Source: an uncultured Gammaproteobacteria bacterium
GTDB lineage: Bacteria > Patescibacteriota > Patescibacteriia > Magasanikbacterales > GWA2-37-8
Reading direction: 5' to 3'
Length of the DNA stretch: 64,000 nt
Assembly: GCA_964355175.1 (NCBI GenBank)
Contig: CAYHBZ010000002.1
Span: 396,537 to 460,536 of the forward strand
Shown: piece by piece, positions 9,197-18,306 of the stretch
Position numbering within the stretch: position 1 is the first letter of the stretch
Layout: each line of letters opens with the position of its first letter
Notes under the pieces: generated by a model
The model's input: the letters and a program-made list of their open reading frames with translations, nothing else
Databases searched by the model: none
Told to the model about the DNA's origin: nothing
Translations under genes and position numbers: made by a program

Positions 9197-10192
9197 ATGA
9201 ACAAGAATTCGAAGTTCCACAACCTCAGCATCTTGCTGACCCTGGCCATGGGGATCATGGTCGCTTCCAATTCCTACGCCGACGTGGCCACGGCTCGCGC
9301 TCGTGCCGAAGCCGCTCGTAGCCAGGCCAATCGGGCTGAGGTGAAAGCGGTCGACGCACAGACTGCGGCCAACGCGGCCAAGACCGGCGCCACCAACGCC
9401 CAGACCGCGGCCGATCAGGCCAAGGTCGAAGCGACCGCGGTGGGCACCAAGGCGGCCACTGACCTCGCTACGGCGATCCGCGCCCTCAACGGTGCGGTCG
9501 GCGGTGCGCGTGCGGCAGCGGTCAACGGTGATCGTCAGCTCGAGCGCAAGTTCAAGGCGGAGGCCGAGCGCCTTCAGACCGAGATCGAAGCGCTCAAGAA
9601 GCGGGCGCAGCACGAGTGTGCGGCGTTCGATGACAAGGGCAGCCAGGCGGCCTGTCTGACCATGCTCGAGAAGATCAACGCCAAGAACGGCGAAGTCACC
9701 ATGCACGGGCAAGACAAGGACACGGAGGTCCAGATCGCCAAGGTGGGACAGCAGTCCAAGGTGGTCCAGGAGATCTTCGACAACGCAAACCAAAACATGG
9801 ACGCCATCAAGGCGATCCAAATGGGTTGCGTCAACCAGGCCTTCGTCGACAAGGACGGCGTCAGCAAGAGCAAGTGGGAATGCCCCAAGGACATGAAGCG
9901 CGGCCCGCAGTTGCGCTACGAGCTCACGAACGTCTCGAAGTACGGCGACCACAGCGTCGTCATCGAGCCGGCCGAGAGCGGTGGCAATTCCAAGTGGGGC
10001 AAAGTGCTCGGCTTCGGCGCCATCGGTGGTGCTGCTGGCGGTGCTCTTGGCTGGGCCTTCTTCCCGAACCATGAAACCATGGAAGATGGCAGCGTCATGC
10101 ACCGGAATTACACCGGTCTCGTCGCTGGCACGGCCATCGGTTTCGTGGTCACGGCGGTGGCCACCCTGGTCATCGAAGAACTGACCGAATAG
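9197..10192 (+). CDS. GC-rich cassette B: secreted Ala-rich coiled-coil protein with C-terminal Gly-rich hydrophobic anchors, no recognised family
   Basis: GGAG 7 nt before ATG 9197; signal-peptide-like MNKNSKFHNLSILLTLAMGIMVASNSYA; GC3-biased frame; 9014-9196 treated as 5' leader. Confidence 0.65.
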   Translation: MNKNSKFHNLSILLTLAMGIMVASNSYADVATARARAEAARSQANRAEVKAVDAQTAANAAKTGATNAQTAADQAKVEATAVGTKAATDLATAIRALNGAVGGARAAAVNGDRQLERKFKAEAERLQTEIEALKKRAQHECAAFDDKGSQAACLTMLEKINAKNGEVTMHGQDKDTEVQIAKVGQQSKVVQEIFDNANQNMDAIKAIQMGCVNQAFVDKDGVSKSKWECPKDMKRGPQLRYELTNVSKYGDHSVVIEPAESGGNSKWGKVLGFGAIGGAAGGALGWAFFPNHETMEDGSVMHRNYTGLVAGTAIGFVVTAVATLVIEELTE

Positions 10193-10396
10193 GTCAACGG
10201 GTGAGGAGATCACCCCAAAGGATTGCAAGTGTGTTGGTTCACTTGCGCCAAATCTCGGTGTAGCTTATCTTGTCCCGCATTCGCGGTACGAGAGAAAGTT
10301 CACTAAACCGGTGGCGTGAACGATGGCTCAAATAGAGCTGTCGGTCACGCCCCAACAACTATCTTCTGTTTTTCAAACAGGGGATTGAGTTGGTAA

Positions 10397-10408
10397 GTTC
10401 TTTACAAT
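10397..10408 (+). promoter_or_regulatory. GTTCTTTACAAT box, copy 3 (TTGAGT 12 nt upstream; followed by hairpin, about 10426-10476)
   Basis: Exact 12-mer. Confidence 0.5.
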
Positions 10409-10641
10409 TTATTTCGTTAGATTTTCTCATACAGGACATAGGATATTTTTTGTATCTTGTGTCCTGTGTGAGAAGCCCCCAGTGGGGGTTGCCTGGGTGA
10501 AAACCCGACTAGGTCGGGGCGTTCGCTCCGGCAATTCCTCACTAGGGTGGTAAAAACGCCATCCGGACGGGTCAACTTCGACCTTTTCGGTAAAGTAGCA
10601 GTGTCTTTCTTTGTCCGCCCTTTAGTGGGCCGGAGGTTCTG

Positions 10642-12063
10642 ATGCGTAACCGGTTTCAATTGGTCGCGACTCTCGCGATGGCGGCTGCAGCCTGTGCAGC
10701 GTGTGGTGTCATCGAACATCCGGCCGATGCGGTCGTGATCGTGGTCGAAAAAGACGCCAGCAGCCAGGATGTCCAGCAGGACAACGGTCCGGCGCAGCAG
10801 CCCGAGATCGCGCAGACGGCCGACATCGCGCAGGACAACGGTCCGGCGACGAAGCCTGAGTGCGCGGTCGACAGCGACTGCGACGACAAGAACCCCTGCA
10901 CGACGGACGTCTGCGGCAGCAACGCCTGCGTCCACGTGGCCAACTCGGTCTCGTGCGACGACGGCAACGCCTGCACCAGCAACGACAAGTGCGGCTCCGA
11001 GAAGTGCTCGGGTGACCAGAAGGTCTGCGACGACAACAACCCCTGCACCGACGACGGCTGCGTCAGCGACGGCACCTGCCTGCACGGCGTCAACATCGTC
11101 AACTGCGACGACAGCGACGCCTGCACGGAAAAGGACCAGTGCGCCAACGGTAAGTGCGTCGGCCAGGTGAAGTCGTGCGACGACAAGGACAACTGCACGA
11201 CGGAATCGTGTGACAAGCTCAACGGGTGCTCGTCCACTCCGGTCGTCTGCCAGGACGCCGGGGATCCGTGCACGACGGAATCGTGCGACAAGGCAACGGG
11301 CAAGTGCTCGTCCACCACCGACTGCGACGACAAGGACGTCACCACGTTGGATGCCTGTGAACCGCTGCTCGAGACCGTGGGAATGGAGAAATGCCTCCAC
11401 ATCAAGATGCAGACCAAGTGCACCAAGAATGCGGATTGCGACGAGGACGGCGATCCGTGTTCGTTCGAGTTCTGTTCCCAGATCGGCTACTGCGCCAGCA
11501 AGTGGAAGTTGTGCGATGACGGAGACTACTGCACCCAGGACGAATGCGTCCCTCAGGCCGACTACGCCTGGTGCAAGAGCACTCAATACTCATGCGACGA
11601 CTACAACGCCTGCACGCTGGACTCCTGCACCAACGGCTACTGCCAACACAAGGGCAACGCCGCCATGTGCGACGACAAGGACTCCACCACCGCCGACTCG
11701 TGCAACCCTTCCCAGGGCTGCGTCAACACGCCGATTCCTCAACCCGGCGTGCCGAGCTCGACTCCTCCCTCGAATCCCTCGACCTGTGCGGCCTGGGGAG
11801 CGTGGATTTACTTGCCCACGGGCAACTGGCGCGGCGGCTATGACCTGACCGGTTCGTCTTCGCAAGAAACGGACCTGACAATCAGCGTCGACCAGTGGTA
11901 CGGCTTCAGCAACGCTCATTCTGTGTGGGCGTGGCTCAAGCCGTGGGGCAGTGCGGTACCGGCAAGCGTCAAGTGCACTGATCGGTGTGGTGTGGTCTTC
12001 CCCGCGAAGATCAGTGCCATGGCGGGTGGCTTCATCGCCATCTGCAGCACCGACCAGAAGTAG
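10642..12063 (+). CDS. GC-rich cassette C: Cys-rich repeat lipoprotein/secreted protein (tandem C-D-D-x-N-x-C-T-x-D-x-C units, Dicty_CTDC-like)
   Basis: GGAGG 5 nt before ATG; N-terminus MRNRFQLVATLAMAAAACAAC (signal/lipobox-like); 12 or more repeats of ~24 aa with spaced Cys; unrelated ~120-aa Trp-rich C-terminal domain. Confidence 0.75.
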   Translation: MRNRFQLVATLAMAAAACAACGVIEHPADAVVIVVEKDASSQDVQQDNGPAQQPEIAQTADIAQDNGPATKPECAVDSDCDDKNPCTTDVCGSNACVHVANSVSCDDGNACTSNDKCGSEKCSGDQKVCDDNNPCTDDGCVSDGTCLHGVNIVNCDDSDACTEKDQCANGKCVGQVKSCDDKDNCTTESCDKLNGCSSTPVVCQDAGDPCTTESCDKATGKCSSTTDCDDKDVTTLDACEPLLETVGMEKCLHIKMQTKCTKNADCDEDGDPCSFEFCSQIGYCASKWKLCDDGDYCTQDECVPQADYAWCKSTQYSCDDYNACTLDSCTNGYCQHKGNAAMCDDKDSTTADSCNPSQGCVNTPIPQPGVPSSTPPSNPSTCAAWGAWIYLPTGNWRGGYDLTGSSSQETDLTISVDQWYGFSNAHSVWAWLKPWGSAVPASVKCTDRCGVVFPAKISAMAGGFIAICSTDQK

Positions 12064-12330
12064 GCGGGGCTCAGGGGGTCTAACGGAAAAAGTTTTTGCT
12101 CTTTGGTAAAAGCAAACGGAAGGAGGTGTTCCTTTCGATAGGCCATTTCGGCCACCCATGCCAGAGGCGAGCGATCGCTAAAGGCTGGTCAACTAGGGGT
12201 GGTGTTGCTTCACCGCACACCACCCCGACCATCTCTAGCTCACAATATCTGTTGTGATCTGAAGATGGAAATAGCAATATGTCCATGACAAAAATACCAC
12301 CCTTCTCTCGGGCGGTTTTTTGTTTTTTAA

Positions 12331-12356
12331 GATTCCTCGCTACGCTCGGAATGACA
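12331..12356. repeat. REP-like element, half site (GATTCCTCGCTACGCTCGGAATGACA)
   Basis: Reverse-complement orientation of the GTCATTCCGAG...GAGGAATC family seen five more times. Confidence 0.6.
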
Positions 12357-12358
12357 AC

Positions 12359-13741
12359 TTAGACCTTGGCACTCCAATAACCCCATACTGCCCACCACCA
12401 CCAGATCACCGGGGTGTGGTGAAGCATGTTATCAGAAGCACTCAAAGTGAGATAAACAAAGATGCTAGTGATGAATACAAAATTTGTCCAAGCATTTTTT
12501 TTGCCCCATTTTATTTCTCGATAAAGTAAACTGATAAAAATTCCAATATACAGAGCTAGGCCTATAAGTCCGGATTCAAACCCAATTTTGAGATAATCAT
12601 TATGGGCCTCGGAAGTGGAGTCCCAGATGTTTTCCACCCCTTTATTATCATCCCAAACTTTGGCAAAGCTACCATAGCCGTAGCCAGTGAGAGGGTGTTT
12701 GCTCCAAAGTGGAATTACTTTATTAAAAAGATCCGCGCGCCAAGAGATAGAGTCGGCTTCCATGTTGCGGCTGGTCATACGGGCCACGAGCGGGCTTTGC
12801 TGTAGGTTTACATTTAGGGTAGTTTTGAGCCAATAATTTATTGGGAAGAATAGTCCATACAATATTAAAATTCCGGCGGTAAAAATAATGGTTTTTTCGC
12901 GAGCATATTTGAGGCCAATAGCCAATAAAAATATGGCCAAACCAATCCAGGCAATGCGGGTATAGGTAAGAGCGATAGCTACGGCCAAGAATACCATGGT
13001 CAAAACATATAGTTCACCTTTGGATTCTTTAAATAAATTTGGTTTAAATTTGAGCAGTTTGCTGGCGTGCTCTAGGTAATTATGATATTTATGAAACAAA
13101 AATATAAATAAAATTAGGGAAAAAGTGGCTAGGATATTGGGGTGGGCGAAAGTGCCATAGATGCGATTGGGGGTGCCGTCGATATCCATGCCGGTTTTGG
13201 TAATAAACTGGTAAATAGCCAGTAAGAATGTGGCAATGCCGGAAGAAATAAACAACCAAAAGAAAATTTTATCAAAAAATTCACCGTGTTTGCGGCGTAA
13301 AATATAGCTCATTCCAAACAGGGCAAATAGGTTGGCGCCTTTGAGAGTTTCGGTGATAGTGGCCATTGTATCAAAGCTCCAGAAAAAAGTGGCGCCACTC
13401 CAGACTATAAAAGCTATCCATATTCCGGTCAAAGGAACATTTTTAAATTCGCTAAAATGTTTGTAAAAAAATATTACGGACCAGGCTAATAGTAACAATG
13501 ATACGGCCGCGTTGAGATTGAGGTGAATGGCGTTGTAGGAAAAAATGACATAGTCGCGCCAGTAGTCCATGGTCGGGCGGGCTAGCAATAGGGTGAGTAG
13601 GGCATAGTCGCCAAAGAACTTGTAGAGTACGATGACCACGATGGCCAAGAGGGCTAGGATATCGCCGCCGGTGGTGGGATTGAAAATGGTAAAAATTAGT
13701 AGTCCGCCGATGAGCCACTGGGTAAGGGAGAGCTTGTTCAT
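12359..13741 (-). CDS. O-antigen ligase/Wzy-like polytopic membrane protein
   Basis: 460 aa, 10 or more TM helices with a large loop in the C-terminal half, typical of the Wzy_C/O-antigen ligase family. Confidence 0.6.
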   Translation of the reverse strand: MNKLSLTQWLIGGLLIFTIFNPTTGGDILALLAIVVIVLYKFFGDYALLTLLLARPTMDYWRDYVIFSYNAIHLNLNAAVSLLLLAWSVIFFYKHFSEFKNVPLTGIWIAFIVWSGATFFWSFDTMATITETLKGANLFALFGMSYILRRKHGEFFDKIFFWLFISSGIATFLLAIYQFITKTGMDIDGTPNRIYGTFAHPNILATFSLILFIFLFHKYHNYLEHASKLLKFKPNLFKESKGELYVLTMVFLAVAIALTYTRIAWIGLAIFLLAIGLKYAREKTIIFTAGILILYGLFFPINYWLKTTLNVNLQQSPLVARMTSRNMEADSISWRADLFNKVIPLWSKHPLTGYGYGSFAKVWDDNKGVENIWDSTSEAHNDYLKIGFESGLIGLALYIGIFISLLYREIKWGKKNAWTNFVFITSIFVYLTLSASDNMLHHTPVIWWWWAVWGYWSAKV

Positions 13742-13804
13742 AATTGGGGTTAAGTGATTTGATTATAGCATAAATTTAAGGTAAAATATAGTAGTATATA
13801 AATT

Positions 13805-13828
13805 GTCATTCCCGTGTAAACGGGAATC
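13805..13828. repeat. REP-like element variant (GTCATTCCCGTGTAAACGGGAATC)
   Basis: Hairpin variant of the same family; generates the spurious TTG-start N-terminus MSFPCKRESK of ORF 13803. Confidence 0.55.
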
Positions 13829-13841
13829 TAAAATTAATGTT

Positions 13842-14840
13842 ATGTCCCATACCAAAATGCCGATTGACTGCGTGGTAGCGCTCACCTACAACTGTAACGC
13901 CCGCTGTACCATGTGTGATATTTGGAAAATAAAAAACTCTCCGGAATTGACTTTGGAAGATTTGGCCAAATTGCCCGACTCATTGCGTGATGTGAATATT
14001 TCGGGCGGTGAAACTTTTTTGCGTAAAGATTTGCCGGAAATTGTGGCCGTGATTAAAAAAGCTTGCCCGAAAGCGCGTCTGGTAATTTCATCCAATGGAT
14101 TTTTGCCGCCGGTGGTAGATAAGGCGATGGACAAAATTCTCAAAATCGCGCCGGATATTGGCGTGGCGATTTCTATTGATGGTATGGGTAAGATGCATGA
14201 TGAAATGCGCGGCACTCCGGGCGGATTTGATCGCTGTATGGAAACCATTCGTATTCTGAAATCCAAAGGCATGACCAACTTGCGCTTGGCTTTTACTATT
14301 ACCGAATACAATGCGGAACATTTTCCGCTAGTGTATGATCTGTCTCAGGAGCTCGGCATTCAATTCACACACAGTTTTGCTCAAAGCAGTGAATTTTATT
14401 TTGGCGGCAAACAAAATATTAATAATCCGCCGCGTGAATTGTTGGTGAAAGGCTATACGCATATTATTCGCAGTGAGCTCAAAAGCTGGAATGTGAAGCG
14501 CTGTTTGCGTGCCTTTTTTGCCAGCGGTATGTTTCGGTTTATTACGAGCAAAAATCCGGTGCTCGATAATGCGCCGGGTCGTGACTTTTTCTTTTTGGAT
14601 CCGGCCGGTGATATTTATCCGTCCGTAGTGCACAATTTTATTTTGGGTAATATTCGCAAGGTAGATAATTTTCGAGAATTTTGGCTGAACCCTGACACCG
14701 ATGAGCGCCGTAAAAAGGTAGATGCGCTCAAAGTACCGGTATGGATGATCTGCACCGCGCGTACGGCTCTATACAATCATCCGTTTGCCGTAGGTTGGTG
14801 GATTTTTAGACATAAATTTTTTGGATTTAATATTCAGTAA
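13842..14840 (+). CDS. radical SAM enzyme
   Basis: CNARCTMC (CxxxCxxC) near N-terminus; ATG 13842 downstream of the REP element. Confidence 0.75.
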   Translation: MSHTKMPIDCVVALTYNCNARCTMCDIWKIKNSPELTLEDLAKLPDSLRDVNISGGETFLRKDLPEIVAVIKKACPKARLVISSNGFLPPVVDKAMDKILKIAPDIGVAISIDGMGKMHDEMRGTPGGFDRCMETIRILKSKGMTNLRLAFTITEYNAEHFPLVYDLSQELGIQFTHSFAQSSEFYFGGKQNINNPPRELLVKGYTHIIRSELKSWNVKRCLRAFFASGMFRFITSKNPVLDNAPGRDFFFLDPAGDIYPSVVHNFILGNIRKVDNFREFWLNPDTDERRKKVDALKVPVWMICTARTALYNHPFAVGWWIFRHKFFGFNIQ

Positions 14841-14847
14841 CAACAAT

Positions 14848-14902
14848 GTCATTCCGAGTGTAAGGAGGAATCTTTAAGATTCCTCACTTTGTTCGGGATG
14901 AC
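14848..14902. repeat. REP-like element, full palindrome (two inverted half sites)
   Basis: GTCATTCCGAGTGTAAGGAGGAATC-TTTAA-GATTCCTCACTTTGTTCGGGATGAC. Confidence 0.65.
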
Positions 14903-14911
14903 AAATTATAT

Positions 14912-16108
14912 ATGAAAATAGTATTGGTCAATAAATTTTGGTTTTCTCGCGGGGGAGCGGAAAAGGTGGCTATCCTTACCAAGGAGCTACTGGAGCAAGC
15001 CGGTCATACGGTGGAAGTTTTTGGTATGCGTCACCAAGATAATTTATTTGAGAATAAATATTTTACCGATTTTATAGATTACAATCAGGCTTCTTTTTGG
15101 CAGAAAATAAAATTTGCCGGCCGAACGATATATAATTTTCAAGCCGCGCGCAATTTCGAAAAGTTGTTGAGTGACTTTCAGCCGGATGTTGTACACTTCC
15201 ATAATATTTACCATCAGCTATCTTGCTCAATTATTGGTGTGGCCAAAAAGATGAATATCAAAACGGTAATGACTTTGCATGATTATAAATTAATTAGTCC
15301 AAACTATAATCTTTATCATCACGGTGGCGTGTCGGCGGAGTGTGTGGGTGGAAAATATTATCGTTGTTTACTTCATAATTGTATGGAGGATAGGGCACAG
15401 AGTGTGTTGGCTACTATAGAAGCATATTTTGTGGACCTGATGGGGTATAAAAAAATGGTTGGAAAATATTTGAGCCCTAGTGATTTTCTGCGTACCAAAT
15501 TTATCAACGCGGGATTTGATAGTGATGAAATACAAGTCTTGCCAAACCCACTGAGGGCCAATGAATTTGTTTTGGCGGGAGCGACTTCAGATTATGTCGG
15601 CTATATTGGGCGCTTGGCACCGGAAAAAGGGGTAGAATATTTATTGCAGGCCGCTGAGCTTTTGCCTGATATTGATTTCAAAATTGCCGGGGCCGGGCCA
15701 AGCCGAAAATATTTAGAAAATCTAATTGAGAAAAATAAAATTAGTAATGTGGAATTGGTAGGACAAAAACACGGAGCGGATTTGCAGAATTTTATTTTGC
15801 AGTCCCGTCTGCTAGCTGTGCCATCGGTATGGCATGAAAACGCGCCGATGAGCGTGGTGGAAGCCAAGGCACACGGCAAAGTGGTAGTGGCCTTTGCGAT
15901 GGGCGGAATTTCTGAAATTTTACCGCCGGAATTATTGGTAAAACCAAAAAATGTTTCCGAGTTGGCGCAAAAAATAAAAACTTGGTATGAAGCCGGCCCA
16001 GAAAGATTATTGGATATGGGCAAGGAATTACAAGCTCAGGCGAAACAAAATAACAGTCCGGAAGTGTATTTGGAAAGATTGTTGAAAGTTTATAAAGATG
16101 AAAAATAA
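14912..16108 (+). CDS. glycosyltransferase, GT4/GT-B family
   Basis: 398 aa; N-terminal KFWFSRGGAEKV and C-terminal E..P.SVVEA..G.VVV motifs typical of GT4. Confidence 0.8.
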   Translation: MKIVLVNKFWFSRGGAEKVAILTKELLEQAGHTVEVFGMRHQDNLFENKYFTDFIDYNQASFWQKIKFAGRTIYNFQAARNFEKLLSDFQPDVVHFHNIYHQLSCSIIGVAKKMNIKTVMTLHDYKLISPNYNLYHHGGVSAECVGGKYYRCLLHNCMEDRAQSVLATIEAYFVDLMGYKKMVGKYLSPSDFLRTKFINAGFDSDEIQVLPNPLRANEFVLAGATSDYVGYIGRLAPEKGVEYLLQAAELLPDIDFKIAGAGPSRKYLENLIEKNKISNVELVGQKHGADLQNFILQSRLLAVPSVWHENAPMSVVEAKAHGKVVVAFAMGGISEILPPELLVKPKNVSELAQKIKTWYEAGPERLLDMGKELQAQAKQNNSPEVYLERLLKVYKDEK

Positions 16109-18095
16109 ACTGATACTCTATAGGTCAGCCGTCGCGATATTTTTGGGGATTTTTATCTCAGTTTTTTGTTATTTCAATTCGTATGTTTATGGTGCTCCAA
16201 TTTTGGCCAACTATATTTTGGGTACATTGCCACAAGATAGCGACTCGATTGCCCAGCTGGCCAAATTTGATTTGCTCATAGTTTCCGCCGAGCAGGGAGT
16301 GGTGCGCAAAGCAGTTTTGCAAAAAGTGCGTGAACTAAATCCAAAAATAATTTTGTTGGCCTATGTGCCGTCGCAAAGCACCAATGATTCCTGGAAAGAA
16401 TATCCGGCCAATACTTTGTATGGAAATTTTCAGATGAATGATAACTGGTGGCTACGTGATACGGCCGGCCGTCAGATTTCTGATTGGCCGCGTCTGCACA
16501 ATGTTGATCTTAGTCAGGGTTGGTCCGATTACCTGATTGGTTATGTAAAAAATAATATTTTATCTCAAGGACTTTGGGATGGAATATTTTATGATATGTT
16601 TTATGACAGTATTGCGGATAGAAATCATGGCGATATTGATCTCAATCGTGATGGCATGAGAGATGATGCGAGTTGGGCCAACGCGCAGTGGGTGAGTAGG
16701 ATGAGTTATTTGCTCAGCGCCAGCCAACAGCGCCTCGGAGTGAAATATATTATGATCAATGGAAATTCGATTCCTTCTTTGCAAAGTATGGCCAATGGCC
16801 GTATGTATGAAAATTATCCGACTCCGTGGGAAGTTGGTGGTAGTTGGACCGGTATTATGACCGGTCTCAAACGCAATCAGTCGCTCAACGCCAAACCTCA
16901 GCTCTATGTCTTCAATGCTAATACGGCCAATACCGGCAATCAAAAAGATTATCGTCGGATGCGCTTTGGTTTTGCCAGCAGTTTGATGCTAGACAATGTT
17001 TATTTTAGTTTTGATTACGGGGATAGAGATCACAATCAGATCTGGTGGTATGATGAGTATGGTGTAGGGCTGGGAAATTCCGTTGCCAATCCAATTTCCC
17101 AAAACGGTCAGGTGCAATTTAATGCCAGCGATATTTGGCGTCGTGATTATGAGCATGGTATTGCTTTGGTCAATCCTAGTGGCAACACTCAGACGATTGA
17201 TCTAGGAAATGAGTACGAAAAAATTATCGGCAAACAAGATGCTTTTACCAACAACGGTGAAATCACTTCCAATGTTACTATTCCGGCTCGTGATGGATTA
17301 ATAATGCTCAAAACTTCCCAAACTTTACAAAATGTTTCTTTTAAAAATGGTAGTTTTGTCAGATTCTTTGATATGTTTGGCAAAAGAGCGCGTAACGGTT
17401 TTTTTGCCTTTGAAGATAGTAGTCCCGGTGGCGCAATAGTTTTTCGTGGGGATTTAAATAATGACAATACGGTAGAAAAGGTAATGTCTTCCCAGGGTAG
17501 ATTTCAAATTTTTAATACAGCGGGTCAGATTTGGTATGATAATTATCCATACAATGGTAATTATAATTCTGATCTTCGGTTTGCGGTAGGCCAGAGTTTT
17601 GGTCAAGAAAATCAGATATTAATTTCTCCGGCATCGGGTGGCAAGGCGGTTTTGTATAATTATCACGGGGGTGTGCTAAAGGATGATTTCTACCCTTTTG
17701 GTGCCAAATATAAAATGGGTTTTTATGGCGGTTTGGGACATTTTGATAGCTTGGACAGCTGGCAAATGGTTTTTGGATCAGGGGGAAAACAGGCTGGAGT
17801 AGTGCTTATTTATGATACCCAGGCAAACAAAGTGAAACAAAAGTTCTATCCTTTCAGTATAAAGTACTTGGGAGCGGTGAAAATTGCTGTCGGTAATTTG
17901 ACCGGTGACACCCATTCGGAAATAGTAGCTATGGCTAAGATTGGCCATAAAAATATTGTTCGAGTCTTTGATATGAAAGGTAAACAACTCTCTGAGTTTT
18001 CCGTCGGCGGTCCATTTGATGGGGGTGACCTAAATATCTATACTTCGGATATAAATTTCGATGGTTTCTCAGAACTGGTAATAGTAGGGGAATAG
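16098..18095 (+). CDS. exported protein: putative glycoside-hydrolase-like (GHL15-type) N-terminal domain plus FG-GAP/VCBS-like C-terminal repeats
   Basis: Signal anchor; N-terminal half resembles the hypothetical glycosyl hydrolase-like family; C-terminal D.N.D...E repeats. Confidence 0.45.
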   Translation: MKNKLILYRSAVAIFLGIFISVFCYFNSYVYGAPILANYILGTLPQDSDSIAQLAKFDLLIVSAEQGVVRKAVLQKVRELNPKIILLAYVPSQSTNDSWKEYPANTLYGNFQMNDNWWLRDTAGRQISDWPRLHNVDLSQGWSDYLIGYVKNNILSQGLWDGIFYDMFYDSIADRNHGDIDLNRDGMRDDASWANAQWVSRMSYLLSASQQRLGVKYIMINGNSIPSLQSMANGRMYENYPTPWEVGGSWTGIMTGLKRNQSLNAKPQLYVFNANTANTGNQKDYRRMRFGFASSLMLDNVYFSFDYGDRDHNQIWWYDEYGVGLGNSVANPISQNGQVQFNASDIWRRDYEHGIALVNPSGNTQTIDLGNEYEKIIGKQDAFTNNGEITSNVTIPARDGLIMLKTSQTLQNVSFKNGSFVRFFDMFGKRARNGFFAFEDSSPGGAIVFRGDLNNDNTVEKVMSSQGRFQIFNTAGQIWYDNYPYNGNYNSDLRFAVGQSFGQENQILISPASGGKAVLYNYHGGVLKDDFYPFGAKYKMGFYGGLGHFDSLDSWQMVFGSGGKQAGVVLIYDTQANKVKQKFYPFSIKYLGAVKIAVGNLTGDTHSEIVAMAKIGHKNIVRVFDMKGKQLSEFSVGGPFDGGDLNIYTSDINFDGFSELVIVGE

Positions 18096-18125
18096 CAGTT
18101 ATTTTAGCGGGTATTTGCTTGCATA

Positions 18126-18154
18126 TTGACAGGCGCTGGTTTTTTTGATTTAAT
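18126..18154 (+). promoter_or_regulatory. sigma70-like promoter of cassette D
   Basis: TTGACA, 17-nt spacer, TTTAAT; same hexamers as cassette E promoter. Confidence 0.55.
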
Positions 18155-18306
18155 AATAAGTCGTTTGTTCTTTATTTGGCAGGATAATTTTGGATTAAAA
18201 TTTTTAATTCAGAGTTATCGTGCCAACTTTCTCAATGCGTGTCGGCGAAATGCGTCGATATGTAAAGAGAGGTGCGAGAGCCTACATGGTAGGCAGGAGA
18301 GCAGGA

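Noticed and set aside
12166-12173. GCGATCGC (the HIP1 palindrome of cyanobacteria) in the cassette C 3' region
   Set aside because: I noticed only a single occurrence, which carries no donor-lineage information.
12320-12529. ORF 12320..12529 (+), the TTG-start extension 13803..13841, and ORF 56117..56311 (-)
   Set aside because: The first two are generated by REP-like repeat sequence (translations such as IPRYARNDNL and MSFPCKRESK), and 12320..12529 overlaps the O-antigen ligase gene on the other strand. The third overlaps tRNA-Ser.
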